Source of the DNA: Selaginella moellendorffii
Taxonomy: Eukaryota > Plantae > Lycopodiophyta
Reading direction: 5' to 3'
DNA length: 64,000 bases
Assembly: GCF_000143415.4 (NCBI RefSeq)
Contig: NW_003314261.1
Span: 4,270,880 to 4,334,879, forward strand
Each line of letters opens with the position of its first letter. Positions within the stretch are counted from its first letter, which is position 1. Position numbers and translations under genes: made by a program. A model generated the notes under the pieces. The model saw only the letters and a list, made by a program, of their open reading frames with translations. It was not told the origin of the DNA and did no database searches. Positions 47,881 to 61,849 of this stretch are shown here, one piece after another.

Positions 47881-49580
47881 TGTGAGACACAAAATCCCTA
47901 GACCCCAAAGTGTGCCGGAAGGGTGCCACGAGGTAGTGGCCGAAGCAAAAGCCAAACAAACATAACACGTTTGGACCAAAAGCTTCGACTTGAAAGGTCG
48001 AGAGCGGGAGCGGAACTCCCAACAAAAGTGCTCGAGGAACAAGCATGAAGTGAGCAATAAGCAAGGCCCCAAAAAGGGACCTAAAAGGACCAATATATGA
48101 CACATGGAAGTGTCCGAGATGGACCTTAGATGGAGTCCAAGATGGACCCAAGATGGAGTCCGAGATGGACCCGAGATGGAGTCCGAGATGGAGTCTGAGA
48201 TGGACCCGAGATGGACCCGAGATGGAGTCCGAGATGGAGTCTAAGATGGATTCCGAGATGGACCCGAGATGGAATCCGAGATGGAGTCTGAAGTTGAGAC
48301 TGAGACCGAGACCAAGACCGGGACCGAGACCGAGACTGAGATACGGACCGAGACCGAGATGCGGACCGAGACCGAGACCGAGCCCGAGCCCGAGGCCAAG
48401 TCCGAGTCCAAGTCCGAGTCCCAATCCCAGTCCGAGTCCGAGTCCAAGTCCGAGTCTGAGTTCAAGTCTGAGAGGGTGAAATGCTAAAGCATTCATCTCC
48501 CAGACCCTAGAGGGTTTGGTGAGCTCCAAAAGTATAGAAGGGGGAGGACTCCAATGGAGCTAGTTTGGCCAGGAAAGGCCAGTTTGGCCCAGGAAGGCCG
48601 TGCCCAAGTGTTGGGTGACGGGATAACCACTGGGAGGTCCAAGACTAGAATGAATACGGACTGTTGGCTCTTCAAAGCCGACCTCAAGCGGCTCGAGAAG
48701 ACTCTCGCGCTTCCTCCTGGATCATGCCAACTTTCGGTGCCGATAACGGGTACGTCACGTTACGTAGAGCCCTCCTGTTTTTAGCCATTCTTTCCAGAAT
48801 TTTGTCATGTCAATCGTCCCGGGGGAACTAGAGCCGTCTCTTGAACACTTCACCAAGCTACCCCGCTTGTACTTACTTGGATACCTGGTGTGGCTCAACG
48901 AAACCTCGCTCTAAGCCCATGGCTAGAGCACCAAAAGGTAGAAGGTGGGGAGAGTACCCATGAGGCTTGCGTAAGGCCCCAGTGTTCCAAAATATTGTCC
49001 CAAAGTCCCAGACTATGGAAAGGAAGAGGAGTGGCCCTCTGGTGTAGTGACCAATGGTACAGTCATGTGGTGAGGAAGTCCTAGAGGACAGTGGGAGTTA
49101 GTGGTCGGGCCTACGAGCCTTGTCCCAGTGGCAGTATGGGCAAACACGGCCATGGACAGAAAAGGGATTTGGTGGGGACTGCAAAAGGGATATTGGGGAA
49201 GGCTGTTCTTTATGTCTGCAGGCATTTTAAGGATGCTAAGGAGTGGATCTTGGATGGTCACTCTTGGATGGATAGCCCATTCTTTGAAAGATGGGACTGT
49301 GATGTAGGTCATATTGGATCACCGGTGTGACCAAGGTGAAGGGGCATAGCCTTAATGTAACGAGCTAATATGTCGGTGGTACCTTGGGGTGTTGGTCATG
49401 GGATCAGACATGTGAAGCACTTGGACCAAGTGCAAAGGTTGAGTGGCATGAATGCCATTCTTGGGGCTAGTAAGCCCCAAGTCCTGAATGGGACTTATGG
49501 AGGTTGTGAATGAGACTCCTCCAAGTGGTCGGAAGTGCGATTAAGTGACTAAAGTAGAATGGAAAAATTAGTCACTTACA
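47881..49580 (+). repeat. LTR family B (5' LTR) followed by tRNA-iMet PBS
   Basis: TGTGAGACAC...CACTTACA then ACTTGGTATTAGAGC; contains 6/12-mer GAGTCC/GAGACC arrays. Confidence 0.85.
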
Positions 49581-51030
49581 ACTTGGTATTAGAGCTGTTC
49601 CTTAGTCTGACTTTTATTGGTGCTCAAGTATATCACCATTGATATTGGCATCGGAAGGTCTTAGGAGTGAACTTATCCTTGAGGAGTAACATGTCGAGAG
49701 GACATGGCTCTCTACTCAAGTTTATGCATGAACTTGGGCGCGATGTGGTGGATAGAAAAGGGGCCAGTAAGGGAATGACTTCGGGATCTTGGAAACAGTG
49801 TAAGGTTTTCCTCATTGAGTTGAGGATGTGATCCAGATGAGCATTTGGCACAGCAAATGGGCTAATGTAGTTGTGGTAAACAATTATAGTTGGGATCACG
49901 GGAAAGATGCAAACCCCAAAAGGAGTCACAAGATGCAAACTCCAAAACAATAAAGGAGTCACAAGATTACCCTCATATAGTTGGGGCTAGTGCTCATAAA
50001 TTTGAGACCGATATTGATGACTATGGGCGGCTAAATACAGAAGAGGACACAAATCCTTGAAATGGTAGCTAGGGCTACCTCTAATAAATGCTGGAACAAC
50101 CCAAGGAATTGGGGGTGTACTCAGAGGATGAGTTGGTATTCTCATCACATGGACAAGTGGTCCTAAGGGGCAAAAGGTTACCCCAAGAGAACAAATCAAG
50201 TGTCGAAGTAACATTTGCAAAGATGGTCCTTATGAGTAGGACTTGAATACAAGAAGTTGTATTCTAGTGAGCTGGCACCTCAAAGGTAGGACTTAACAGG
50301 TTGTCGGATGACAAAGTCCAAAAAACCTAAATGACTCAAATAGAGTCAAGGAATAATCATAAAGGATTAATGGAAGCATTTGGACTGAGGTGTGTTATAC
50401 CCCACGAAGGATGGGGGGGATCATAGGATCCAAGTATGAGAACAGAGGGTATCTCATCGAAGGCAGAATGTGCCATGCTAAAGTCGTGGGTAAAGTGTTT
50501 CCCAAAAGAAAGCAACTTTGGCATAGAGTTGTGTGTGAACACTATGGTGCAATGCTAACTGATAGTTGGCATGAGAGATGACTGCTTTGGTGTTGGCAAA
50601 GACCCTGACATAAGTGGCGAGTGGGTTTATGAGAACCCCTTCCTAGAGGAATCCTAATGGAAATGGGAATGGCATGGCCTAAGCTGAAAGGCATGCAATT
50701 GGAGTGTGGTGCCCAGATAATGATGGAGGTGTGGAAGCACTAAGCAATGAGTTGTAGGATTTGACAACTATGGGGCAACTAAGCAAGAGGTGCAAGGTAA
50801 TTGGTTAAACGAGTAGAAGGTAGCTACCCAAAACTTCTTAATGGTATAAAGAAGTTAAATATACCCTTATGGGGGGATAAATTGCTTATGTGCCGATGTA
50901 GTAAGTCAATGTCGTAAAAGGGAATGCTCATTGTCAAAGAAGCCATCATTGGGACACCTAAACACTCTAGAACACCAGGAGTTAGTGTTTGATGTCACAA
51001 GGGCAATAGATAATGCCCAAGGGACTAAGT

Positions 51031-52429
51031 TGTGAGACACAAAATCCCTAGGCCCCAAAGTGGAGCCAGAAGGGTGCCACATGGTAGTGGCTGAAGCGAA
51101 AGCCAAACGAGTGTAACATGTTTGGACTAAAAGCTCCGACTTGAAAGGTCAAGAGCGGGAGTGGAACTCCCAACAAAGGGCTCGAGGAACAAGCACGAAG
51201 CGAGCAATAAGCGAGACTCCAAAAAGGGACCCAAAAGGACCAACACATAACATGTGGAAGTGTCCGAGATGGAGTCCAAGATGGAGTCCGAGAAGGACCC
51301 GAGATGGAGTCTGAGGTCAAGACCGAGACTAAGACCGAGACCGGGACCGGGACCGAGACCGAGACCGAGACCAAGGCCGAGGCCGAGACCGAGCCCGAGC
51401 TCGAGTCCGAGTCCGAGTCCAAGTCCAAGTCCGAGTCCGAGTCCGAGTCTGAGAGGGTGAAAGCCCAAAGTGTTCGTCTCCCAGACCCTAGGGGGTTTGG
51501 TGAGCTCTAAAAGTATAGTAAGGGGGAGGACTACAGTGGAGCCAGTTTGGCCTAGGAAGGCCGGACCCAGTGTTGGGTGATGAGCTGCCCACTGGGAAGT
51601 CCAAGACTAGAGTGAACACGGACCAACAAGCAGGGTAACTTGGTGAAGTGTTCAAGAGCCGGCTCTAGTTCCCCCGGGAGATCGACTGGCCAATGCTCCC
51701 AGTCCAAGTGTGGGTGGCATTACCTACTTGGATACCTGGTGTGGCTCAACGGAACCTCACTCTAAACCCATGGCTAGAGCACCCAAAGGCAGAAGGCGAG
51801 GAGAGTACCCACGAGGCCCGCATAGGGCCACGGTATTCCAAAATGTTGCCCCAAAGTTCCAGACTATGGAAAGGAAGAGGAGTAGCCCTCTAGTGTGGTG
51901 ACAAGGGACACAGTCACACAGTGAGGAAGTCCTAGAGGACAGTTGGACTTAGTGGTCGGGCCTGTGGGCCTTGATCCAGTGGCAATGTTGGTGAACACGG
52001 CCATGGACAGGAAGGGACTTGGTGGGGACCGGAAAGGAGACATTGGGGAAGGTTATTCCCCATTTCTGTAGGCATCCTGAGAATGTTATAGAGTGGATCT
52101 GGGATAGCCACTCATGGATGGATGGCCTAGTCTTTGAGAGACGGGATTGTAATGTAGGTGGTGTTGGACCACCGATGTGACCAAGGTGAATGGGCATGGC
52201 CTAGCATAACGGGCTGATATGTCAATGGTACCTTGGCATGTCGGTCATGGGATCAAACACGTGAAGCACTTGGACCAAGTGCAAAAGTTGAGTGGTGTGG
52301 ATGCCATTCACGGGGCTAGCAAGCCCCAAGTTCTGAATGGGATTTATGGATTTTGTGAATGAGACTCCTCCAAATGGTCAGAGGTGCGGTTAAGTGACTA
52401 AAGTAGAATGGAAAAATTAGTCACTTATA
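51031..52429 (+). repeat. Solo LTR, family B
   Basis: Homologous to 47881-49580, flanked by 5-bp TSD TAAGT (51026-51030, 52430-52434). Confidence 0.88.
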
Positions 52430-53436
52430 TAAGTCCCTAGCGAATGATGGATAGAAAATGCTATCCAAATGTCCAAGGTTATGAAGATAGGAGAAGTCCA
52501 TCTACCCAAATTGAACAAAGCCCAAAATGAAATTTTAGCAAGGCTAGTGATGGGCATATAAAGGCTCATATGTAACAACATTAATCCTAGTGTGTGGGAT
52601 TATAAGGTGAGCATACCCGGATTAAGAAACCACTCCCTAGGCTATCGGGTAGGTTCATCCCCAAGAATATTTACCAAGGCATGGTAGAAAGTGCAAAACT
52701 ATCCTCCTAGTTTGGAAGCGAATAACAAAAGGAAATATGTGAAGCCAAAAGTAAGTAGTAAGGGGATAGAACCAAACCATAAGAATTGAAGAGCATAACC
52801 AAGGGTGGTTGTGTTAGTTGGGAGTGGAGAATCAAGTGGGCGCTCAAGCATATTATTACTAGCAACTGTGGTGCCATGAAAAGTCTAAAACATAGAATTA
52901 TCCATGCTAAACCATATGGCAATTAAAAAGCTTGTGAAGGGAGAGGCCTTAGCAAGCTAAGAAACAAAGTTCCTTCAAGGTTTCCAAAAACAATTCTATG
53001 TAGTATAGTACCTAGAGAGCCAAGTGTAAATGGTTTATAACACGCGCGAGATTAGAGTGGCACAGCAAAAGCGTGGTCTTAAAGCTTGCCATAAGGCAAT
53101 GCTATCAAGGTTGGGGAAGTAGTTCCCAAGTGTTTAAAGGGATGACTTTGAACGAAAGTCGATGGTCAAGGACTTTCACACTTATGCATGAAACCATGTT
53201 ACATTAGTCAGATGACTTGCTAAACAAAAGTGGCAAGTCAGGGGAATGAAGCCCCTAGTTGAAGGTGCTAATTTCAAAAGGGGTGGCCCATGGGGCTGAG
53301 CATGGAAAAGTTCATGCATGATCATAGACTTGTCAAGTGAGAGGACTTAGCAATTTGGAGGGACTAGGTTCCTAAGCTATGATCTGTAGCACGCTTTGAG
53401 TATAAATTGGTGCACCGGCATAGGGAGTCACGCCAC

Positions 53437-54537
53437 TATAAGGAAGAAACTCCCCGAGGTGTTGTAGGCTAAAAGATCCCCAAAAGCATGACCAAAATGA
53501 CAAAGAGTTCATTGGATGGGACCGAGTCGAAGATCAAGTCCAAGACCGACTCTGAGACCAAGTTCGAGATGGAGTCCGGGATCAAGTCCGAAGCCGAATC
53601 GGAGACCAAGTTCAAGACCAAGTTTGAGACCAAGTTTGAGATAGAGTCCGAGATCCAAATTGGGTCCGAGATCGAGTCCGAGGTTAAGTCCGAAGTCAAG
53701 TTCGAGATCAGGTCCTAGATCGAGTCCGAGACCGAGTCCGAGTACTAATATGGGTGTCAAGGGGTGAAAGCCCAAAGCGTGTGTCTCCCGGGGGAGGGGG
53801 GGCTGCAGGGGGTTCCAAAAGTATAGTAGGGATAGTGAGGTTCAGGAACCAGCCTTGAAGGAACTCTCCAGTGGTGCTTCCAAACTGACTTGAGGTTGAG
53901 ACTGGGGCTGAAGGGCCTTGAGTGGGAGTGAGCATGGGCTTGGGTGGTGCCGGAGGGGCCACCTAGGGAAGTGCTCAAGAGCAGCTCCCACTCCCGAAAG
54001 GGAAACCGACTGCGGTGCTCCCGGCTCACGTGGAGTGGTGCCCCACTTGAGTACCTTGTGGTTCATTAGTCCTCGCCCTTCCTAGGGGCTTGGGCCTTCC
54101 CTTCGGGATGGAAGTGGGGGGGTAGAGGTACCTATACTAGGCCGTTAGGCCACGGTGTTTCGCCCCGATGTCCCGAAGCAAGTGTTACACCCAAGGCTTG
54201 GGATTTAGAGGGTCCCATGATCAAGTCTTGTTGTACCAAGGGGTGTTAGGAACCTGGAGGCTTGATGTGCTTGACTGCTTGTGCCTGCGGGGAGTGTAGC
54301 CGAACCTTAAGTCCAATCTAACCTGGGGAGGGGGATTGGGAGGGATTTGGGAATTCGTGGATGGAAGGCTAACTCTCCGTTGCTCGTGCAGTGAGTAGCT
54401 GAAACCAAGTAGGACCAAGTAGGAGCTGGTACAATAGGCAAAAACCTTGGCGAGGGAACTTAGCGCAAGCCAAGGCAGTGTTGGTTGGGTAGACGAGGTA
54501 AGCTGGCAAATTGGAAAGGAAAAATTTATGGCTTACA
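53437..54537 (+). repeat. LTR of family C followed by tRNA-iMet PBS, internal part missing
   Basis: Inverted homolog of 55166-55824; ends CTTACA then ATTTGGTATCGGAGC. Confidence 0.8.
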
Positions 54538-54770
54538 ATTTGGTATCGGAGCGTAAATCTCTATCAATGGGGTGTGGCATTTATATTATATTTTATCAAA
54601 TTGAGTTAGCCCTTGATACTCACTTAAACCTTTGTATTAGTGACATAGGCATTACTCATAGTATTGTATAATTAATGATCAAGTTATTATGATTTCCATA
54701 GTATATTCCCATGATTGTGAATAATGTGTTTACAAAGTTTCTTAGTTAAACAATGATCAACCCAAAGTGG

Positions 54771-55165
54771 GCATCCATCTCGGACTCTGTCTCGGTCCAT
54801 CTCGGACTCCTTCTTGGTCCATCTCAGACTCCATCTCGGTCCATCTCGGACTCCATCTCAGGTCCATCTCAGACTCCATCTTGGACTCCTTCTCAGACTC
54901 CATCTCAGGTCCATCTTAGACCCCATCTCAGGCACTCCCACGTGTCATGTGTTCATCCCTTTGGGTCCCTTTTTTAGAGCCTCGCTTATTGCTTGCTTCG
55001 TGCTCATTCCTTGAGCATTTTGTTGGGAGTTCCACGCTCACTCTCGACCTATCAAGTCGGAGCTTTTAGTCCAAACGTGTTACGCTCGTTTGGCTTTTGC
55101 TTCGGCCACTACCACATGGCACCCTTCCGGCTCCACATTGGGGCCTAGGGATTTTGTGTCTCACA
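54771..55165 (-). repeat. Partial family-B LTR inserted in the family-C 3' LTR
   Basis: Reverse complement of the first ~400 bp of 47881/51031. Confidence 0.85.
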
Positions 55166-56609
55166 CACTCCACATGAGTCGGAAGCACTGCAATTGGTTT
55201 CCCTCTCGGGAGTGGGAGCTGCTCTTGAGCACTTCCCTGGGTGTCCCCTCCGGCACCACCCAAGCCCATGCTCACTCCCACCCAAGGCCCCTCGGCCCCA
55301 GTCTCAACCTCAAGTCAGTTTAGAAGCACCACTGGAGAGTTCCTTCAAGACTGGTTCCTGGACCTCACTATCCCTACTATACTTTTGGAACCCCCTACAG
55401 CCCCTCCCCCCCCGGGAGACGCACGCTTTGGGCTTTCACCCCTTGACCCGTATTAGTACTCGGAGTCGGTCTCAAACTCGATCTCGGACTTGATCTCGGA
55501 CCCGACTTCGGACTCGGTCTCGGACTTGATCTCGGGATGATCTCGGACTTGACTTGGGACTCGACCTCGGACTTGGTTTCGGACCCGATTTGGATCTCGG
55601 ACTCTGTTCGCAAGCTCGGTCTCAAACTCGGTCTTGAACTCGGTCTCGAACTCGGTCTCTGATTTGGCCTTGGACTCGATCCTGGACTCCATCTTGAACT
55701 CGGTCTTAGAGTCGGTCTTGGACTCGATCTTCGACTCGGTCCCATCCAATGAACTCTTTGTCATTTTGTTCATGCTTTCGGGGATCCTTTAGCCTACAAC
55801 ACCTTGGGGAGTTGGTTCCTTACAACTCCACCTCCCATAGAAAAAGTTTGATGCCCTCATCGAACATCTCTTTTTATCTTACGACTTGTTGACCATGTCT
55901 CCGAGGGCATCCCCCCACTTAGCGGTGTGCCTAAGTTAGCCTCCCTGGCCAAGAGCCCATGACAACAGAATATAGATGTCCCTATACCCCTCACCTCACC
56001 ACGCCCTAGTATGGTGGGTCGGGACTTGAACCTAGCCTTGCTTTACTAAGGGGTTGGGACTCGAATCCAACCTCTGTAGAATACGTCTATAGATTTGACA
56101 TCCCTGCGGGGAGTCGAGCGTAGTGCCCTACATTGAGTCGACCTAGCTAACCTATGCTAATTAGCTTACCTTCGGCACGCCTTCGGGTCCCAACATATGC
56201 CACTGCTCAACTTTGCAAATTGATACTTTAATTGAACTTTGCATAAGTACATAGAGTTCTGCCTTGTAGAAATTCCTTCACTAGATCTCGCACATTCGCT
56301 AGGTTCTCCTCCGGTTCCCATGTTGCTTCGCAGTGTGGAAATCCTTTCCACTTCACATGGAACTCTCTCACCTCGCATCCTTATCACTTGCTCTTGCACA
56401 CATTGAGGATGGCCTTGACTTTGTATTCCTCTTCCCCTTGGATAACCTCAGGTAAAGGTCTTATTTGGTCCTTGCGAAGTGGATCCTCAAAGTACGGCTT
56501 GAGTAAGTTCATGTGGAACACTAGGTGCATCTTCCCCATCTCTCGAGGAAGTCAGAGACGGTAAGCCACTTTACCGATTCTTGCCTCAATCTCATAAGGC
56601 CCCGCGAAC

Positions 56610-56661
56610 CTATTTAAGGAACTCAAGATCAATTCATTTGCAGGAATATATGCATTTTTAC
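56610..56661 (-). other. 52-nt GT-AG intron in integrase GPY/F motif
   Basis: AAAG|GTAAAA...TTAAATAG|GTTCGCGGGGCC. Confidence 0.85.
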
Positions 56662-57079
56662 CTTTGGGTCAACTTCCGGCTGATCCCACTTGGTAGCCTG
56701 AGGTTCTTGGTGTTCAGCCACACCTTTTCCCCAGCTTGGAACTCTACATCCCGACACTTCTGGTTCGCGTACTTGGTTTGCCTTTGTTGAGCTCGTTCCA
56801 AGGAATCCCTCACTAGATTCCAGATGTTGAGTTTTTCCACCGTGAATGCCTCCACTGTAGGTAATTCTCTATGATACTCGGCCACGCCGAGTTCCACAGG
56901 ACCTTCAATAGCTCGCCCATTGATGACTTCCCATGGACTCACCCTGATACTCGAATGTGGTGAGTTGTTATAACACATTTCCACAAGTCCCAAATGACTT
57001 ACCCAATCAATTTGGTCTCCCGAGACATAGCATCACAAATAATCCTCTAGCTGCCTATTCACCCTTTCCGTTTATCCGT

Positions 57080-57126
57080 CTGTCAAGAAGTGTTAGTGCC
57101 ATCAAACTTGACTTAATACCCCATAC
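57080..57126 (-). other. 47-nt GT-AG intron in integrase HPQ(T)DG(Q)TER motif
   Basis: ATAG|GTATGG...CACTAAC.ACTTCTTGACAG|ACGGA; branch-point-like CTAAC. Confidence 0.88.
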
Positions 57127-58879
57127 CTATCTGTGGGTGATAGGCTGTGCTGAATTTCAACTTGGTGCGATATTGTTCCAGGAGAGTTCTCCAGAACCGA
57201 CTAGTGAAGATCTTATCTCGATCTGAGATAATCTCTTTTGGCCTTCCCCGCACTCGAACCACTTGTTTGAAGAACAGCTTCACCACACCTTCCGCATCCA
57301 CTTCCGTTGTGGTGGGTATGAAATGTGCCATTGTCGAAAATCGGTCCACCACCACGAATATCGCATTAAACCCCTCGCTTGGGGGGAGTCCCATGATGAA
57401 GTCCATCGTAAGACATTTCCACAGACGATCTAGAATTGGGATGCTTTGCAACAAGCCCCCACTAGCCTTAGTCATGGCTTTGATCTGCTGACATGTTGGA
57501 CATGTCTTTACATAGTCTTGGATGTCCTTAGCCATATCTAGCCAGTGATACTTCCTCTTGAGTAAGCCCATCGTCTTGAGCACTCCACCGTGTCCCACAA
57601 GAGGTCCGTCATGACACTCTTCTAAGACTACCTTCCTTAGTTCCCCTTCTGGAACATACACCCTCGTTTGCTTGTAATAGATGAGTCCGTTGCATTCCAC
57701 ATAGCCCGTTTTCTCTTCCGTTGGCAGCTCACCTCTCTGGTGAGCTTCTCGTGCCTCTAGATTCCTTAGAAACACTTCTTGTGCTAGACCATCATTCTCA
57801 TATGCTGTCCGCACATCATCCCAAAAGGTTGCTGTCGCACTGGATATCGCCAACTTCAAGCTTGCTTTTCAACTTAGCGCATCTGCCACGATGTTGCTCT
57901 TCCCAGGCTTGTACAGGATTTCGCAATCAAACTCGGCCAAAGCATTGGCCCACCGACCCTGTTTCCCTCTCAGGTCGGGCAGTGACAAGAAGTGTTTCGT
58001 TGCCACATTGTCCGTGTAAACCTTGAAGTGTCTCTCAAGGTAGTGTCGCCACTCCTTGAGCACCTTGACCACTACAAACAGTTCCTTCTCGTGGGCAGGC
58101 CACTTCTTTTAAGCCCTGTCCAACTTCTTCGAGAAGAACGCTACTGGATGGTTGTCTTGCTTCAAAACTGCGCCTAATGCAAAGTCCGAAGCATCTGTTT
58201 CTACCTCAAAGTCCTTACCAAAGTCTGGTAATGCCAACACGAGAGCCTTCCTCAACTTCCCTTTGAGGTGGACTAATGCCGCCTCGCATTCCGCTGTCCA
58301 TACCATCTTCCCTTTCCTGTTTGGTCCGTTAAGGGTAGGGCTACTCTCGAATAGTGTCTGATAAACTTTCGGTAGTAGTTGCATAGCCCCAAAAATGCCC
58401 TCAACTCATGTACATTCGATGGTCGTTCCCATTCCTGGATCGCTTGGACCTTCTCCGGGTCCACCTTGAGCCCATCTTGGCCCACCACATGCCCAAGAAA
58501 CTTTACCTTTTGTTAAGCAAAGTCACATTTGCTCTCTTTAGCATACAGTTTGTGTTCCCTTAGTTTCTCAAACATTAAGCAACCAAAGGGAACGATGTGA
58601 GAGACGGTCCATAGGATTCAAATATAGAGGGAAAGGGCCCATGAACAAGAGTGCACCCCTTTTTCCAATTGGTTAAGGGTCTTGGGATATCTAGGGTTAA
58701 ACGTCCTTGGGTTTGAATAATATTGGGTTGGGTGACTTCCCAGGAAGTCTAGACTCAGGAGTTTACAATTTACAACACCTAACACCACTAACCTTGTTCA
58801 CAATATAAACAAATTTATGTTTTTTTTTTTTTACCAACTTAAAACTAATCCTATACCAAATTACTTAAGGAGGAATAAC

Positions 58880-60324
58880 AAGGTTCTTTAGAAAGAATCA
58901 AACATTGTAACCCAAGTCTTAAGCAAAATGGTTTAGTGTTTCACCACTATCCATCTCGTGACTCACCACTTGTAAGACCATTATAACTAATATATATCAA
59001 AGTAGTGACTTTTGGTTGCATGATATGAATACGAGCAATAAAATTACATCTTGTTGCCAAATCATCTCGAAGAATAGAAGATAATTTATATATTTGATCT
59101 TTTGTCCCTAACAAGTCTCTTTTTAAACTCGACCAAACCTCAAGTTTGCATTTGCACTACCTTTAGTCTATTCCAAGAAAATTTTATAAAAGAGTATGGT
59201 AATGACTATTTGAACTAATAGACTAATCCTTATAGTCTTGATTGATCCACTTATAATCATTCCTAAGAAGGATCCACTAGTGCCTTGATAAACAACTACA
59301 ACCCAACTTATTTGCCACTTATAACAAACCCAAAGGAGGTTTACTTTTACCTACAGCATACAGAACAACTCACAATAACCAACGATAGGCTAACATTAAT
59401 CTTACTAACTCAAAGTATATTTTTGAGTTGCTAATAAGCCTCACTCATAAGGCTAAGCACAAACATATGCAAATGATACATCTTAATCCTTTTTATGAGC
59501 CCCAACACAAGCTCATACAATATGGTACAAAAAGATAACTAAAATCCATACCTAAAGACGAAGTTATAGCACCCAAACGTACACCCAATTAGTTCGTTAT
59601 TTTCATCTTTTCGTATACAGCAAGACAAGTTGCCCAATTTCATTGTCTCATTGGATAATACTTGCTAAGACTCATCCTTTAATACCAAATGTAGTACATT
59701 TGGTTTTCACTCTTTATCTTATGGTGATTTACCATAGAATAACCAAACTCTTCATGTGCTACATGCCACATGCCACATATCCAAAGACAACAAAGTAGAA
59801 CTCAAGTTTTAAGGTTTTGGGCCATTGAATGAGGGAACAAAGCCAAAGTATACAACTTAGGAGCAAAGGAAGTAGAGCACAAAATAATTCTTAAGCCTAT
59901 AGCCCAAGGAATAAAGGGATAGGAGCATGGAGTGGTGTAGGAATAGTCCTAAAGCATCTAACATTCTAATATTAAGACTAACACATAAATAGAGTCAAAC
60001 ATAGTTTAACATTATTTCAGCATATCAGTGGCATAAAACAAGGATATTAGTACTCCATCAGCTAGCATGGTATAGAATTTGGGTTTAGACCCAAGTTAAA
60101 CACAGAATAAGGACAAACACATAAGTAGGAGCTAAATTATGCTTCATGTTGGTCAGCCATACCTGATTTACCCACTATCTCTACTATACATTTGGAACCC
60201 CCCACACTAAAATTGATAAAGTGTCCAACAATATTGACCTCCTGCCGTTGTGGTAGTAAGGAAAGAATATTTGAAAATACTTGCCAACAAGTAATTTTTT
60301 ATACCCATAATCACATTTGCAATA
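58880..60324 (-). mobile_element. 5' LTR (59690-60324), PBS and start of the internal region of the inverted element-A copy
   Basis: Reverse complement of 3643 onward and of 44800-45355; CTACA followed by TTTGGTATTAAAG. Confidence 0.75.
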
Positions 60325-61020
60325 TATATATTGACAATGTTTTTCCAATGTTGATTATGCTAAATTGAGAATCACCTTTCCATATCTTGTGGCAATATAA
60401 ACCATTTTTGGGAGTAATATCCTCATCTTTGCACTCTTTCGAGCTTATATAGTGAATATAACACTTGTTCTAGAAAATAAAAATATCCAATTCAATTAAA
60501 GCTTATTTGATTAGACTCTATTCTTTCTTCATAAATCTCTAAACCTTTATATATGCATAATTTTTGAAGGATCAGTCTATTAAATGTCATGCTAAACTGC
60601 ATAAATTGAAAAACCCCCTAATTGAAATTAATAAAAGGTTCAATAATACCAACTTCTTGCCATCATGGTAATAAGGAAAAAATATTTGAAAAGACTTCCC
60701 AACAGGTAACTTTTGATATTCATAGTCACATTCACAACACACATATTGATAATGTTTTTCCAATGTTGATGATGCTAAATTGAGAACCACCTTTGCATAT
60801 TTTATGGCAATATAAACCATTTTTAGGAGTAATATCCTCATCTTTGCACTCTCTTAAGCTTATATAGTGAATGCAACACTTGTTCTGGAAAATAAGAACA
60901 TCCAATTCAATTAAGGCTTATTTGATTAGACTCTATTCTTTCTTCATAAATCCCTAAACCTTTACATATGTATAATTTTTTAAGGATTATTTTATTAAAT
61001 GTTATGCTAAACTTCATAAA
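60240..61020. repeat. ~420-bp tandem duplication spanning the LTR/flank junction
   Basis: 60240-60605 is repeated at ~60660-61020. Confidence 0.8.
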
Positions 61021-61849
61021 CTTGCAATCCAACTTGTCGCAACACTTGATATGATCCCTTTCACTAAGCAAGGAACCCCTTAAACAAACCATATACCTTA
61101 AAATTAGGAAAATGAACTAATACTAAATTATCCACTTCATACTCCTCAGGTGGATGATGATGGAAATTATAATGTCATTATTGCCCCACTTATATGTAAC
61201 TTAAATATTTAATATACTTCAATTGAACCAAAATACTCATCAAATACTGATATCAAAACTAACATCATTAATCACAAAGGTAAACTTAACTCTATTGGTA
61301 ATATCAAATCATGACTATATAAGAATTTATATAGTGAAGTACCAATAAAACTTTATACCCTTAAAAAATATATATATTAAAAAGAAAATAAATAATTATC
61401 CCAATCCAAATGCTAAAAATTAAGATACTTTGCTATCATTCCTTTAAAGGTCCAAATGAGCCATTTCACTAAACTAGCTATTTATGGATAATGAATACTT
61501 ATGAAAGTGTGTTATATCCTCAATTAAGATGTCAAAACATTAAATATCTTAGCCATAAAAGTGGGATTATTATCCAAAAAAATCCACTCTAGACAAAAAT
61601 GTTGGAACACCATTCAATTGAAGATTAAAGTATTTAACAACAATCTCATATGCATCAGCAAGAGCACTAACTTCTAATCAATGAATCAAGCAGTTAAGAT
61701 AGTAATGACATAGTTGACTATAGAAAAAGCCTTATTAAATTAAATGCCATCAACTCAAATAAATAAAAAATTACAATTAACTCCAATTATCCTTTCGCAG
61801 AATAAAAGGGCCCACTTCCCACAGCTGTAGCTTCTTTCTTCATCACCAT

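Larger units (their letters stand above)
55166..58575 (-). mobile_element. Ty3/gypsy family C 3' half: RT end, RNase H, integrase, chromodomain, PPT and partial 3' LTR (55166-55824)
   Basis: VETDASDFALG, HDGPLVGH..CPTC, SDRD, chromodomain remnant FHVKWKGF..ATWEPEENL, PPT GGGAGGTGGAG. Confidence 0.92.

Noticed and set aside
47857-55773. ORFs with LGLG, PRPR, SDSD or ETET repeats
   Set aside because: They are translations of 6/12-bp tandem arrays inside LTRs and are open in several frames on both strands.
56128-56169. 42-nt GTAAGC..TGTAG segment downstream of the family-C chromodomain
   Set aside because: Looks intron-like, but no conserved protein motif or second copy confirms it.
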